From positions 22,094-86,093 of the forward strand of contig JANMLN010000201.1 in the NCBI GenBank assembly GCA_031372565.1: DNA of 64,000 bases. The letters run 5' to 3'. The notes under the pieces are model-generated. The model was not told the origin of the DNA. It made no database searches and saw nothing but the letters and a program-made list of their open reading frames with translations. Both the position numbers and the translations under genes were made by a program. Source of the stretch: Gemmatimonadota bacterium (lineage in GTDB: Bacteria; Gemmatimonadota; Gemmatimonadetes; Gemmatimonadales; Gemmatimonadaceae). Shown one piece after another: positions 1 to 8,750 of the stretch. The number at the start of each line of letters is the position of its first letter. Positions within the stretch are counted from its first letter, which is position 1.

Positions 1-659
1 GCGCCGTCGAGGGTGGCGTCACCGTACTGGAGGTTCAGCCGGTACTCGCCGGGACGCAGCGCAATCGTGCCCTTCGTGCCGCGCGCCGCATCCATGCGGG
101 CCGCCTCGGCCTTCCAGTCGGCGAGGTCCATCACGCGGGCGTCCGACGGGACGCTCATGGCATCGTCCACCATGATGCCGCCGTCCTCGGCGCGCGTGTA
201 CTGCGCGAGCGTGCGACGCGTCGCCGCGACTTCATGCTCGTAGCGGATGCTGCCGATGTACGCCGGAGCCAGCACTTCGAACACCATCTTGCCCGAGCGG
301 GGACGGAGACCATCCGGATTGAGCTCGGCAATCCGCAGTTCGCCGCGGGCGGCGCCCTTGGCGTTCACGTACAGGATCGTGCCATTGTCCTGCGCCTGTC
401 CGACGTACCGGAGCTTGGCCGCATCAAAGCGAACCATGCCCTGCAGGCCGCCGATGTCCTCGGACGTGCCCTCGGTGCGCACGTCAACGGCGATCCGGCC
501 GCCGGCCGTCTGGCCCGGTGACGAGATCGCAAGCTTGGTGCTGAGCAGCTGGGTGCGTGCGGCGAGCGGCCCGTCGTTCGGGCTGCAGGCGGCCAGCGCC
601 AGCGTCGCGGCGACCGCACCCGACAGGGCGCGACGCGCGGGGTTCAACTGAATCATCAT
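1..659 (-). CDS. Lipoprotein with cohesin-like domain followed by the start of a dockerin-like motif (3' end runs off the window; absent from the ORF track)
   Basis: Manual translation from ATG 659: MMIQLNPARRALSGAVAATLALAACSPNDG (lipobox LAAC) ...IAVDVRTEGTSEDIGGLQGMVRFDAAKLRYVG...GELRIA...GKMVFEV (cohesin-like) ...LNLQYGDATLDG at the edge; open frame down to base 1. Confidence 0.8.
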   Translation of the reverse strand, partial: MMIQLNPARRALSGAVAATLALAACSPNDGPLAARTQLLSTKLAISSPGQTAGGRIAVDVRTEGTSEDIGGLQGMVRFDAAKLRYVGQAQDNGTILYVNAKGAARGELRIAELNPDGLRPRSGKMVFEVLAPAYIGSIRYEHEVAATRRTLAQYTRAEDGGIMVDDAMSVPSDARVMDLADWKAEAARMDAARGTKGTIALRPGEYRLNLQYGDATLDG

Positions 660-740
660 GGACGGAGAGTCTCGAGTGTGTGAGGGTGACCGGCCAGCGG
701 AACGCGAGGTTCCACTGGCCGGTCGAGGTGTTCGGTTGGT

Positions 741-2519
741 TTACGGGAGCGGGACGTCGGTGACGTCGATCCGCGGCACGAGGTTCAGGAGCGCCGGGGC
801 CGGACCCGAGGCCTGGTTCATCGTCGAGATCTGCGTCACCGTGCCGGCCGCGATGCGGCGGAACTTGAGGCGGAACAGGCCGACGTTGCCCGTGGTGGTG
901 GCACCGGCGAGGCTGAACACCGCGATGCGAACGATGCTCGGCGTGAGCGCCGGATTGTACGTGCGGCTGTCCAGGTCGGCGTTGATCGACGAGGAGGCGA
1001 CGCCGCCCGTGACGGCCACGAGGCGCGCGTTGTCGTACTGCACGTCAACGGTGATCGCGGAGAGCTGATCCGCGCTCATGTTGATGCGACCCTCGTAGAT
1101 GACCGTGTCGACCAAACCGGCGATCCACTGACCGGTGTAGGCGTAACGCGTCGGCGGGGTGACGCAGGTGAGGGTGATGGCCGGAATCGCGGCCGTTCCA
1201 CCGACGGTCAGGCCCGAGTACGTGAACAGGCCAGCGCCCAGCGCCGGCGCAGTGCAGTTGGCCGGAACGCCCGTGAAGCCCGTGATGCGACCAGCCGAGC
1301 CCGAGAGGGTCGGGATGGTGGCCGAGAAGGCACCGGTGGCACCGGTCAGCGCGGCCGGCTGGGCGGCGCCGCCGTTCGGGGTGATGATCACGCCAATGCC
1401 GGGCAGGTTGAAGCCCGCGCCACGCGAGTCGAGAATGGAGCCAGTGACCGTGCCGGTCGGCACGGTGCAGCCGGCGAGCGGGAAGTTGGCGGTCGAGGTC
1501 GCGCCGATCGAGACAACGACGCCCACGGACGTGGCCGAGCAGCCAGCCGGGAGACCAGCGGTCACCGTCGCGGTGCGCGAGCCGACGACCACGCTGTCGA
1601 TCTGGTAGGCGCCAGCCGCATCCGAGATCGCCGAGCGCGAGCCCACCGAGACCGTCACGCCGGCCACAGGGCCGCCGAGCGCGGCCGAGGACACCGTGCC
1701 GCCGACCGAGCCGTACGCGATCACGGCCGAGCGGAGGTCGGCGACGAGCAGGGCACGGATGCGGAAGCGGCTGACGGTCGGGTCGACCGTGAAGCCGACG
1801 GTGCGGCTGGTCGTCGTGCCGGCCGCAGGGATCGTCGGGTACGGCTCCGAGCGGTAGCAGTCCGTCGGGGCGCCGGTCGGCACGGTCGCATTGCAGTCCG
1901 TGTCATTGAAGAAGCTGTGCGGCGCGTTGTCCCAATCGCCATTCGGTGCGATGGCGCCGAAGGACGGCGTCTCGACGATGATCTCGGTGCCGTCGCCCGA
2001 CGTGCTGGAGCCACCGGTGGTTGTGGTGGTGACCGACGAGAACGGGAAGAGCAGCGGACCGGTGGCGCCGGCGGGCGGCGTGGGCCACGTCGGCGTGATG
2101 AGCTCAACACCCGTCAAGCGGTTCGTGATCGACACCTGGAACGACACACAGACCTTGGTGGCGGCACAGCCGACGGTGGTCGAGGTCAGGCCGCTCGTGG
2201 TCAGTTCGACCACATCGCCGGCCAGGATCGAGGTGTTGGGCGTGCCGTCGAGCGAGATGCCACCATTGCCATCGAGGCGGGCGCTGATCGCGCCGCCGTT
2301 CGGGGCGGTGATCTTCACCCGGCCACTGTTGCGGTCAACGTCAAACACGAAGGCGGCACCACGAATCTGTGGCGTCAGGGCCGGGTCGGACGGCAGGACC
2401 GGCGCGAGCTTGGTCGACTGGTCCGCGCTGCACGCGGCCATGCCGACCGTCGTCGCAGCGAGCAGGACCGTCGACAGCGTCCGAGACGGACGAGCAACGA
2501 AACGGGAGAGAAAGGACAT
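741..2519 (-). CDS. Lipoprotein with carboxypeptidase-regulatory-like beta-sandwich repeats and C-terminal cohesin-like domain
   Basis: 592 aa; lipobox MAAC; GSVGGTVSS..GGPVAGVTV and GTVTGSILDS repeats; C-terminal LSAITVDVQYDNARL...VRIAVFS...GNVGLFRLKFR. Confidence 0.8.
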   Translation of the reverse strand: MSFLSRFVARPSRTLSTVLLAATTVGMAACSADQSTKLAPVLPSDPALTPQIRGAAFVFDVDRNSGRVKITAPNGGAISARLDGNGGISLDGTPNTSILAGDVVELTTSGLTSTTVGCAATKVCVSFQVSITNRLTGVELITPTWPTPPAGATGPLLFPFSSVTTTTTGGSSTSGDGTEIIVETPSFGAIAPNGDWDNAPHSFFNDTDCNATVPTGAPTDCYRSEPYPTIPAAGTTTSRTVGFTVDPTVSRFRIRALLVADLRSAVIAYGSVGGTVSSAALGGPVAGVTVSVGSRSAISDAAGAYQIDSVVVGSRTATVTAGLPAGCSATSVGVVVSIGATSTANFPLAGCTVPTGTVTGSILDSRGAGFNLPGIGVIITPNGGAAQPAALTGATGAFSATIPTLSGSAGRITGFTGVPANCTAPALGAGLFTYSGLTVGGTAAIPAITLTCVTPPTRYAYTGQWIAGLVDTVIYEGRINMSADQLSAITVDVQYDNARLVAVTGGVASSSINADLDSRTYNPALTPSIVRIAVFSLAGATTTGNVGLFRLKFRRIAAGTVTQISTMNQASGPAPALLNLVPRIDVTDVPLP

Positions 2520-2656
2520 GCAGGGCCTCCAAAGGGGTAGGCCACGCGCGGAATCGCACGCGGCAGATCAAGCGCCCTATGATCGGCTTTCCATGTCCTG
2601 AGTCAGCGAGCGACGTGTATGGGAACCGTCTGCCTTGTGTGACGGTAACGACGCCG

Positions 2657-2673
2657 TGTCACGAACCGTGACA
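2657..2673. promoter_or_regulatory. Perfect inverted repeat TGTCACG-N3-CGTGACA, candidate operator
   Basis: Located in the 168-bp gap upstream of 741..2519, among further GTCAC/GTGAC/GTTAC words. Confidence 0.3.
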
Positions 2674-2687
2674 TTCACCTCGCGCGT

Positions 2688-4994
2688 CTACGGCAGCGTG
2701 AACGTCCCTTCCTGCACACGAATGCGGGACAGGTAGCTCGCGCCGCCCACCGAGGTCGCGGCCCGCACGTTGGAGACCGTGGTTCTCGTCGTGGTCGTGC
2801 TGCCTGACGCACCGACGGGTCGGAACCGGATGCGGGCCAGCGTGATCGACCCGACGTTGTTCGGCGAACCCGCCGTCGCCCGAATGCTCAACAGCCCCCG
2901 GTTGATGTCGCTTCCCGAAATGTCGGCATTGGTCGACCACTGCCCGAAGTTGAAGGAGACGAACTCCAGCACCGCCGGGTCCCACTGCAGACTCGAGATC
3001 ACCCAGTCGCCCAGCACGGACGTATCGGGCGTGGCGCGCGGCAGTTCCATGCTGATGAGCAACGTCACGAAGCCGCCACCGTCCACGCCAGAGAACCCGT
3101 GCGTGATCTGGAAGGCCGCGCCCGTCCCGCCGCTTCCACCAGTGCCGCTCCCACTCCCACTCCCACTCCCACCGCTTCCTGACCCGCCGGTACCCCCGCT
3201 GCCTGGCGTGCTCACGATCACGATCGACGTCGCCGAGGCGCTCGAGCCGCTCTGCGACACGGTGAGTCTGACGGTGTAGGTGCCCGCCGCCGCGTAGCTC
3301 TTCGATGGGGCGAACCCACTCCCGGTCGTGCCGTCGCCAAACTCCCATGCGTAGCTCGCACCCGCAGTGCTGCCGGCGGCCGAGAAGCTGACCGGCGATC
3401 CGACGGTCGCCGCGTACGGGCCGTTCGCCACCGCCGTCAGTGCGACGCTTCCCGTGCCCGATCCACCGGTACCCGAGCCACCCGTGCCAGTGCCTCCGGT
3501 GCCCGTGCCGCCCGTACCGCCCGTGCCTGTGCCGCCTGTCCCACCACCCGACGACGGTGCGGCAATCACCTTGAACACCGACTCGACCGAGCCGATCGTC
3601 GCGGTGTCCGTGGCGACACCGGCCGAGTCGACAAACAGCACCACCTTCGTCTCGGTCTCGGTGTTCGCGCCGATCGCGGCCCCCGCTGGCACGGTGAACC
3701 GAAGCGTCCCGAGCGACACGGTTCCACCGCGCAGCGTCCCTTCGCTCGGATCGGCCACCCCCGCCAAGAGCACCAGCCCAGAGGCCAGCCCCCCGTTCGC
3801 GCTCGCGAGCAGCTGCCCCCGCACGTACCGCACATACGTCAGCACGGCCGGGTTGTAACGCACCTGCACTTCAATCGCACCGACACTTCGGGTTGGGACG
3901 CGGGTGAGGTCGAGCGAGAGGGCGAGGTCGACCGTGGTCGTGCCCGTGGCCGTGTCGGGCGAGAAGGTGCTGCGCACGACAACCGGTCGCCCCGCCGTCG
4001 TGCTCGTGCGTGTGCAGGCGGCGGCGAACCGCACCGTGTCCTGGCTCAAGGCGGCGACCGTCACGGTGGCTGCGCGCGTGGCCGCGGTGCAGTTGGACGC
4101 GATGTCCTCGAACGCCACCGTGTACGTGCCCGGGAGCAGACGGTCGAACAGGACAGTCCCCGCGACACCGGCGCGCGCCGACACGGTCCGCGAGATGATC
4201 ACCGCCGTGTCCGGTGCCCCGGTGCGGCGCACAACACCGGAGAGCACGAGGCGGAAGCTCGTGTCCACGCTGGCTCCCGTCGGCGTTGCCATCACGACAA
4301 CGCGGCCCCGGCCGGGATCGCGACAGCTGAGTTCGAACCGGACATTCGTGATCGTGGCGATCACGTCATCGCGGACCCGCACCCTGGCGATGCTGTCGGG
4401 CACGCTGCACCACGACGGTACGCCCTGCACCACGACGCGGTACGCGCCATTGGGCAGCGGCGAGATGCGGCGTTGACCGTCGTTCGGGAGCACCACGCTG
4501 GCGCGCACGCTGTCCGTCGCGCTGTCCTTGACGACCAGCGTGTACGTCGCCGGCGCCTGCGCTTCTGCGACGGTGTTCATGCTGAGCTGGATGCCCGGCG
4601 CGGGTGGCATGCGCACGCCCCACGCCGTGGATGGCGCGGAGCGAATGCTGAGTTGGTCGACGCTGACGACGCGGTATCCGTAGTAGTGGTCGGCCGAGAC
4701 CGACTCATCGAGGAAGACCACGGAGTCTCCGGTGCCGGCCACGAGCTGCTCGATGATCGGCTGGAACTCGCCCTGCAGGTCGACGCGACGCAGCAGCGTG
4801 TAGCTCGCGGCACCAGTCACGCGTGGCCAGGTGACCCGCACCATCCGGATGCTCAGCGCCTCTGCGCGCAGACCGTCAGTCGGAGGCAGGCCGCTCGGGC
4901 CAGTGGACGGATCGCCCTGACAGGCGACGAGCGCCGCCAGTCCGGCGACCTGCATCGCGCGTCGGCACATCCGACGCCAGGCGTCAGAAGTCAT
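2688..4994 (-). CDS. Multidomain lipoprotein: FN3-like, two beta-sandwich repeats, cohesin-like, Gly/Thr linker, PKD, Gly/Ser linker, second cohesin-like domain
   Basis: Start moved to ATG 4994, overlapping the receptor's 3' end; lipobox LVAC; VRVTW..V.GA.SY.L.R...Y.YRV (FN3); VGAIEVQVRYNPAVLTYV and LQWDPAVLEFVS (cohesin-like); YAWEFGDG..YAAAGTYTVRLTV (PKD). Confidence 0.85.
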   Translation of the reverse strand: MTSDAWRRMCRRAMQVAGLAALVACQGDPSTGPSGLPPTDGLRAEALSIRMVRVTWPRVTGAASYTLLRRVDLQGEFQPIIEQLVAGTGDSVVFLDESVSADHYYGYRVVSVDQLSIRSAPSTAWGVRMPPAPGIQLSMNTVAEAQAPATYTLVVKDSATDSVRASVVLPNDGQRRISPLPNGAYRVVVQGVPSWCSVPDSIARVRVRDDVIATITNVRFELSCRDPGRGRVVVMATPTGASVDTSFRLVLSGVVRRTGAPDTAVIISRTVSARAGVAGTVLFDRLLPGTYTVAFEDIASNCTAATRAATVTVAALSQDTVRFAAACTRTSTTAGRPVVVRSTFSPDTATGTTTVDLALSLDLTRVPTRSVGAIEVQVRYNPAVLTYVRYVRGQLLASANGGLASGLVLLAGVADPSEGTLRGGTVSLGTLRFTVPAGAAIGANTETETKVVLFVDSAGVATDTATIGSVESVFKVIAAPSSGGGTGGTGTGGTGGTGTGGTGTGGSGTGGSGTGSVALTAVANGPYAATVGSPVSFSAAGSTAGASYAWEFGDGTTGSGFAPSKSYAAAGTYTVRLTVSQSGSSASATSIVIVSTPGSGGTGGSGSGGSGSGSGSGTGGSGGTGAAFQITHGFSGVDGGGFVTLLISMELPRATPDTSVLGDWVISSLQWDPAVLEFVSFNFGQWSTNADISGSDINRGLLSIRATAGSPNNVGSITLARIRFRPVGASGSTTTTRTTVSNVRAATSVGGASYLSRIRVQEGTFTLP
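3473..3550 (-). repeat. Low-complexity coding repeat (GGTGT/GGSGT linker)
   Basis: Encodes GGGTGGTGTGGTGGTGTGGTGTGGSG between the cohesin-like and PKD domains; a similar GS linker lies at about 3125-3205. Confidence 0.7.
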
Positions 4995-7779
4995 ATCCCA
5001 TGCCCATCGAGAAGTTGATGCCTTGGGGGATGCGCCCCGACTCGCTGACGCCACGGTTCACTTCCTGGTAGAACACCACGGGGACGTTCATGAGGTTGCG
5101 CGCACCGAGCGTCCAGTTCATGCGATTGAACCGGCGCGACAGTTTCGCGTCCAGCGAGAACCGCCCCCGTTCGTAGAGGTTGGGGGCCTGGTCCGTGCTG
5201 AGGCGACTCGCCTGCCCGTAGCGCACGATGCGATCGCCGAACCAGTTGCCGAGCACCGTCGCCGAGAAGGTGCGCTGCGCCGACTCGTATCCGAGGCTGG
5301 CATTGACGAGCCACGGGGATTGACCGGCGAGCTCAAGATCCGCGGGGTAGAGTCCCAGGTCGGATGGCATCCAGACCTTCGACTTCACGACCGTCACGTT
5401 GAGCGACGCGTTCAGTCGCTTGAAGCCACCCGGAAGAAAGGTCAGGGTGCGGCGCGCCTCGAACTCGAGGCCGGTGTTGATCGCCAACCGGGCGTTGGCG
5501 AATGACTGGTTGCATCCGCTCGCGCCATTGAACGTCGTCTCGACGATGGGACTGTCGAAGGTCTTGAAGAAGGCGGACACCGACAGGATCTCGCCGGCCG
5601 CCGGATACTTCTCCCATCGCAGGTCGTAGCTGTCGGCGCGCGCCCGGCGCAGCGTGGGCTGCCCGACCTGGTCGCACTCTCCCAGGACCGGCGAGTAGAA
5701 GTCCGGGGAGATCTCACGGGGATCGGGCCGCGACACGGACGAGAACCAGGCCGCCCGCAGATTCGAGGTCTCATCGAGCTTGATGGTGAGATTCATCGAT
5801 CCGAGCAGGTCGGACTTCGCCTTGTTGATGCCCTGGACCGTGGGCAGCAGCGGGTCGAGGGTCAGGTTGGCCAACCATGACTCGTAGCGCGCACCCGCCA
5901 GGACACGCAGGCGTGACCCCAGCGGAATGTCCAGGAGGCCGTACACTGCCTTCACCTTCTCGAAGGCGACATACTGACCCGTGCGCCCGATGATCCGGTC
6001 GAGCTTGAGCACCGGCCCCATCAGCTCTGGCGCAAAGAGCCGGTCCGGTGTAAGCGTGAGCTGCGTCGCGCGCACCCCGGTGTCGGCGGTGCGATAGTAG
6101 AACAGGTACGAATCGAACTGCCGCGTCCGTTCCCGGTAGAGGCCACCCAGCTTGAGCTGAGCGGCAAGGAACTTGCCCCAGCGCAACGGGACGCTCCAGT
6201 CGCTCCCGAACGAGGCCATGCGATCTTCGAGCGTGCGGGCCTGCAGGTTCGGCAGCAGCACGGTGTTCAGTCCGTAGCTGCCGTCAGCCGGATTCAATCC
6301 ATACGGCGCCTGTCGCGTATCCGGCTCGCCGCGCCGTGCCCGCGCCAGCGTGCCCCGCCACTCGAGACGCGAATCGAACAACCATCCGAGGAGATGATCC
6401 CCCGACAGCTGGGATTGCCACAGATCCCGCAACACGTATCGCGTCTGATAGCCGCGGATCGGCGACGGGCTCTTCTCGAGATCCACCCCGTTCGTCACCA
6501 GCAGGTAGTTCTCGGTGCTGCGCGTGTAGGTGTTCTTGAACCCGATCTTCTGCGTGGGACGGAGGCGGTAGCTGATGTTCGCAATCGCGCCGAGATCGAC
6601 CGTCGTCTGTGCGTCCGTACCCGAGAAGGAACGCGTCGGCGCCTCCGTGGTCGACGGATTGAAGACGAACAACCGGTCCGGGGTCAGCGAGCGCTGCAGG
6701 TTGTACGTGCCGGCGACGATCACGCCGAGCGGACCACCGAACAGGGTGGTCTGGTCGCCCACGCTGAGCGACGCCTTGAGATCGGGACCCACCATCTCCG
6801 TTGGGGGGACCCACTTGGCATTCACCGCCTGCGCGAAACGGTCCGGCGCGAGCCCAGTTCCCGGCAACGGACTCGGCAACTCGCGATCGGCGCCGCCGAA
6901 GCCGAAGTATCCTGCCCCTCGCTCCTGCGGGATCGCATGCGTGCCGCCCGTCGCCAACGAGTTGCCGCCGACGCCAAGGCTCATCTGGATGACACGCTCT
7001 TCCGGAAACTCCTTGGTCTTGATCTCGACCGATCCACCCGTGAAGTCTCCGGGCTTGTCGGGCGTGCCGGTCTTGCTCGTGACGATGGACTCGAGCAGAC
7101 TCGCCGGGAAAATGTCGAGCGGCACGATCTTGCGTGTCGGCTCGGGACTCGGCAGTTCAGCGCCGTTGAGGAGGGTGTTGCTGTACCGCTCGGCCAGACC
7201 GCGCACGACGGTGAAACGGCCACCGATGACGGACACGCCCGGCACGCGCGTGATCGCGTCGGCCGCGTTCGAGGACGGAGACTTGGCCATCGCCTCCGCG
7301 CTGATGCCGTCGGAGACGGACGCCGCATTCTTCTGCACGGCCAGCAGGCTCGCATCATTGCGCGTCTGCTTCGGAGCCTCCGCCGTCACGACGGTCGCGG
7401 CCAGCTGCGACGCCGCGGCCGTGAGCGCGAAGTTCGCGATCGCCGTCCGCCCGGGCGCGACCACGATCGAATCCTGTCGCGCCGGGCGGAACCCGATCAA
7501 TCGCACCGTCACGCGATGCCGGCCCGCTCGCACGTTCGCGAGAATGAACCGCCCGTCAAGATCGGTGGCGGCGCCGACGCGGCCGGAGTCGAGCACCACT
7601 TGCGCGTAGGACAGCGGCCGGCCGGTCTCCTGATCGATCACGCGACCCGCAATCTTGCCGGCGCCCGACCCTCCGCTGTCTGCGCGAGCAGGCGCGACGG
7701 TCGGCACTTGTGCCTGCGCCCCGGTGGTCGCCACGCCCACGATGAACGCGAACAGCGCCGTGCCGATGCATCCGCGCAT
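4984..7779 (-). CDS. TonB-dependent outer-membrane receptor with N-terminal carboxypeptidase-regulatory-like domain
   Basis: Start ATG 7779 overlaps upstream stop (TGATG); signal peptide; GKIAGRVID..TG.PL; plug motif VRGLAERYSNTLLNG.ELPSPEP.RKIVPLDIFP; ends MGYDF (C-terminal Phe). Confidence 0.93.
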   Translation of the reverse strand: MRGCIGTALFAFIVGVATTGAQAQVPTVAPARADSGGSGAGKIAGRVIDQETGRPLSYAQVVLDSGRVGAATDLDGRFILANVRAGRHRVTVRLIGFRPARQDSIVVAPGRTAIANFALTAAASQLAATVVTAEAPKQTRNDASLLAVQKNAASVSDGISAEAMAKSPSSNAADAITRVPGVSVIGGRFTVVRGLAERYSNTLLNGAELPSPEPTRKIVPLDIFPASLLESIVTSKTGTPDKPGDFTGGSVEIKTKEFPEERVIQMSLGVGGNSLATGGTHAIPQERGAGYFGFGGADRELPSPLPGTGLAPDRFAQAVNAKWVPPTEMVGPDLKASLSVGDQTTLFGGPLGVIVAGTYNLQRSLTPDRLFVFNPSTTEAPTRSFSGTDAQTTVDLGAIANISYRLRPTQKIGFKNTYTRSTENYLLVTNGVDLEKSPSPIRGYQTRYVLRDLWQSQLSGDHLLGWLFDSRLEWRGTLARARRGEPDTRQAPYGLNPADGSYGLNTVLLPNLQARTLEDRMASFGSDWSVPLRWGKFLAAQLKLGGLYRERTRQFDSYLFYYRTADTGVRATQLTLTPDRLFAPELMGPVLKLDRIIGRTGQYVAFEKVKAVYGLLDIPLGSRLRVLAGARYESWLANLTLDPLLPTVQGINKAKSDLLGSMNLTIKLDETSNLRAAWFSSVSRPDPREISPDFYSPVLGECDQVGQPTLRRARADSYDLRWEKYPAAGEILSVSAFFKTFDSPIVETTFNGASGCNQSFANARLAINTGLEFEARRTLTFLPGGFKRLNASLNVTVVKSKVWMPSDLGLYPADLELAGQSPWLVNASLGYESAQRTFSATVLGNWFGDRIVRYGQASRLSTDQAPNLYERGRFSLDAKLSRRFNRMNWTLGARNLMNVPVVFYQEVNRGVSESGRIPQGINFSMGMGYDF

Positions 7780-8750
7780 CACCGGGCCCCCGCGGGCCAC
7801 TGGCCATGCAGGAAGGTGTCCATGTCCCCGAAGGTGCGTTCCGGATTCATCAGCCACGGCATGTGCGGCTCGGCGTCCAGCGTATCGAGCCGGGACGATG
7901 CCATGGCATCACGCCACTGCCCCAGCATCGTGCTGTAGATCAGGTCGCGCCCACCCGCGAGGATGAGGACGGGGACCGCCGTGGCCTTGACGCGCTCACG
8001 CAGATCCACCTTCACGACCGACCCGAGCAGCCATCGATTGGTGCGCTCGAGCTGACGCAGGTTCATCGGTGAACGTCCGCACACGAGCGGTGCACCGCGA
8101 GCGATCGTGACGGAGTCCCACACGACCAGGGGCGACAGGTAGAAGGACCAGTACTTCCGGCAGAACGCCTGCGGGTCGAGCGAGTCGGCGCGGGCGCGGC
8201 TGTCGGCGTAATACGCGTTCAGTCGCGCACGATCACCGGTGTACGCCGCGAACTGGAATGCCCACGACGACAGCAACAAGTGAGGCGACAGCATCACCAC
8301 GCGACTGACGCGATCTGGATGACTCGCGGCATACGACGCTGCGACGACCGCGCCCCAGTTGTGGCCAACGAGGGCCATCCGCCCGAGTGCCAGCGACGCA
8401 CGAAGCAGCTCCAGATCCGACACGTCGTGCTCGAGTCCGAGTTGCGTGGAGTCCGGCACCCCCGCACCCTCGCCCCGCCCGCGCAAGTCCACCACGATGA
8501 CCGTTCGTCCAACCGCCAACGGGCCGAACGAACGCTCGAGATAGTCGGCGTTGAGCCCAGGGCCACCGGGCACGAGCACGACGGTATCAGGGCCGTTGCC
8601 ATGCACCCGGTACTGCACCGCGAGGCCGGCCGCCACCGACACACGTCCCGCGGAAACGACCGGCGGAAGCGCCGACGGCGACGAGCAGGCGGCGCTTGCC
8701 ATCGCGAGAATGGCAAGCGCGAGCCGAACCAGCGCGAAAGAGTGAGTCAT
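7779..8750 (-). CDS. Alpha/beta-fold hydrolase-like lipoprotein (proline iminopeptidase-like), atypical GHNWG elbow
   Basis: Start ATG 8750 (ATGA overlap); lipobox SAAC; PGGPG, DLRGRG, GHNWG, PVLILAGGRD, HMPW. Confidence 0.85.
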   Translation of the reverse strand: MTHSFALVRLALAILAMASAACSSPSALPPVVSAGRVSVAAGLAVQYRVHGNGPDTVVLVPGGPGLNADYLERSFGPLAVGRTVIVVDLRGRGEGAGVPDSTQLGLEHDVSDLELLRASLALGRMALVGHNWGAVVAASYAASHPDRVSRVVMLSPHLLLSSWAFQFAAYTGDRARLNAYYADSRARADSLDPQAFCRKYWSFYLSPLVVWDSVTIARGAPLVCGRSPMNLRQLERTNRWLLGSVVKVDLRERVKATAVPVLILAGGRDLIYSTMLGQWRDAMASSRLDTLDAEPHMPWLMNPERTFGDMDTFLHGQWPAGAR

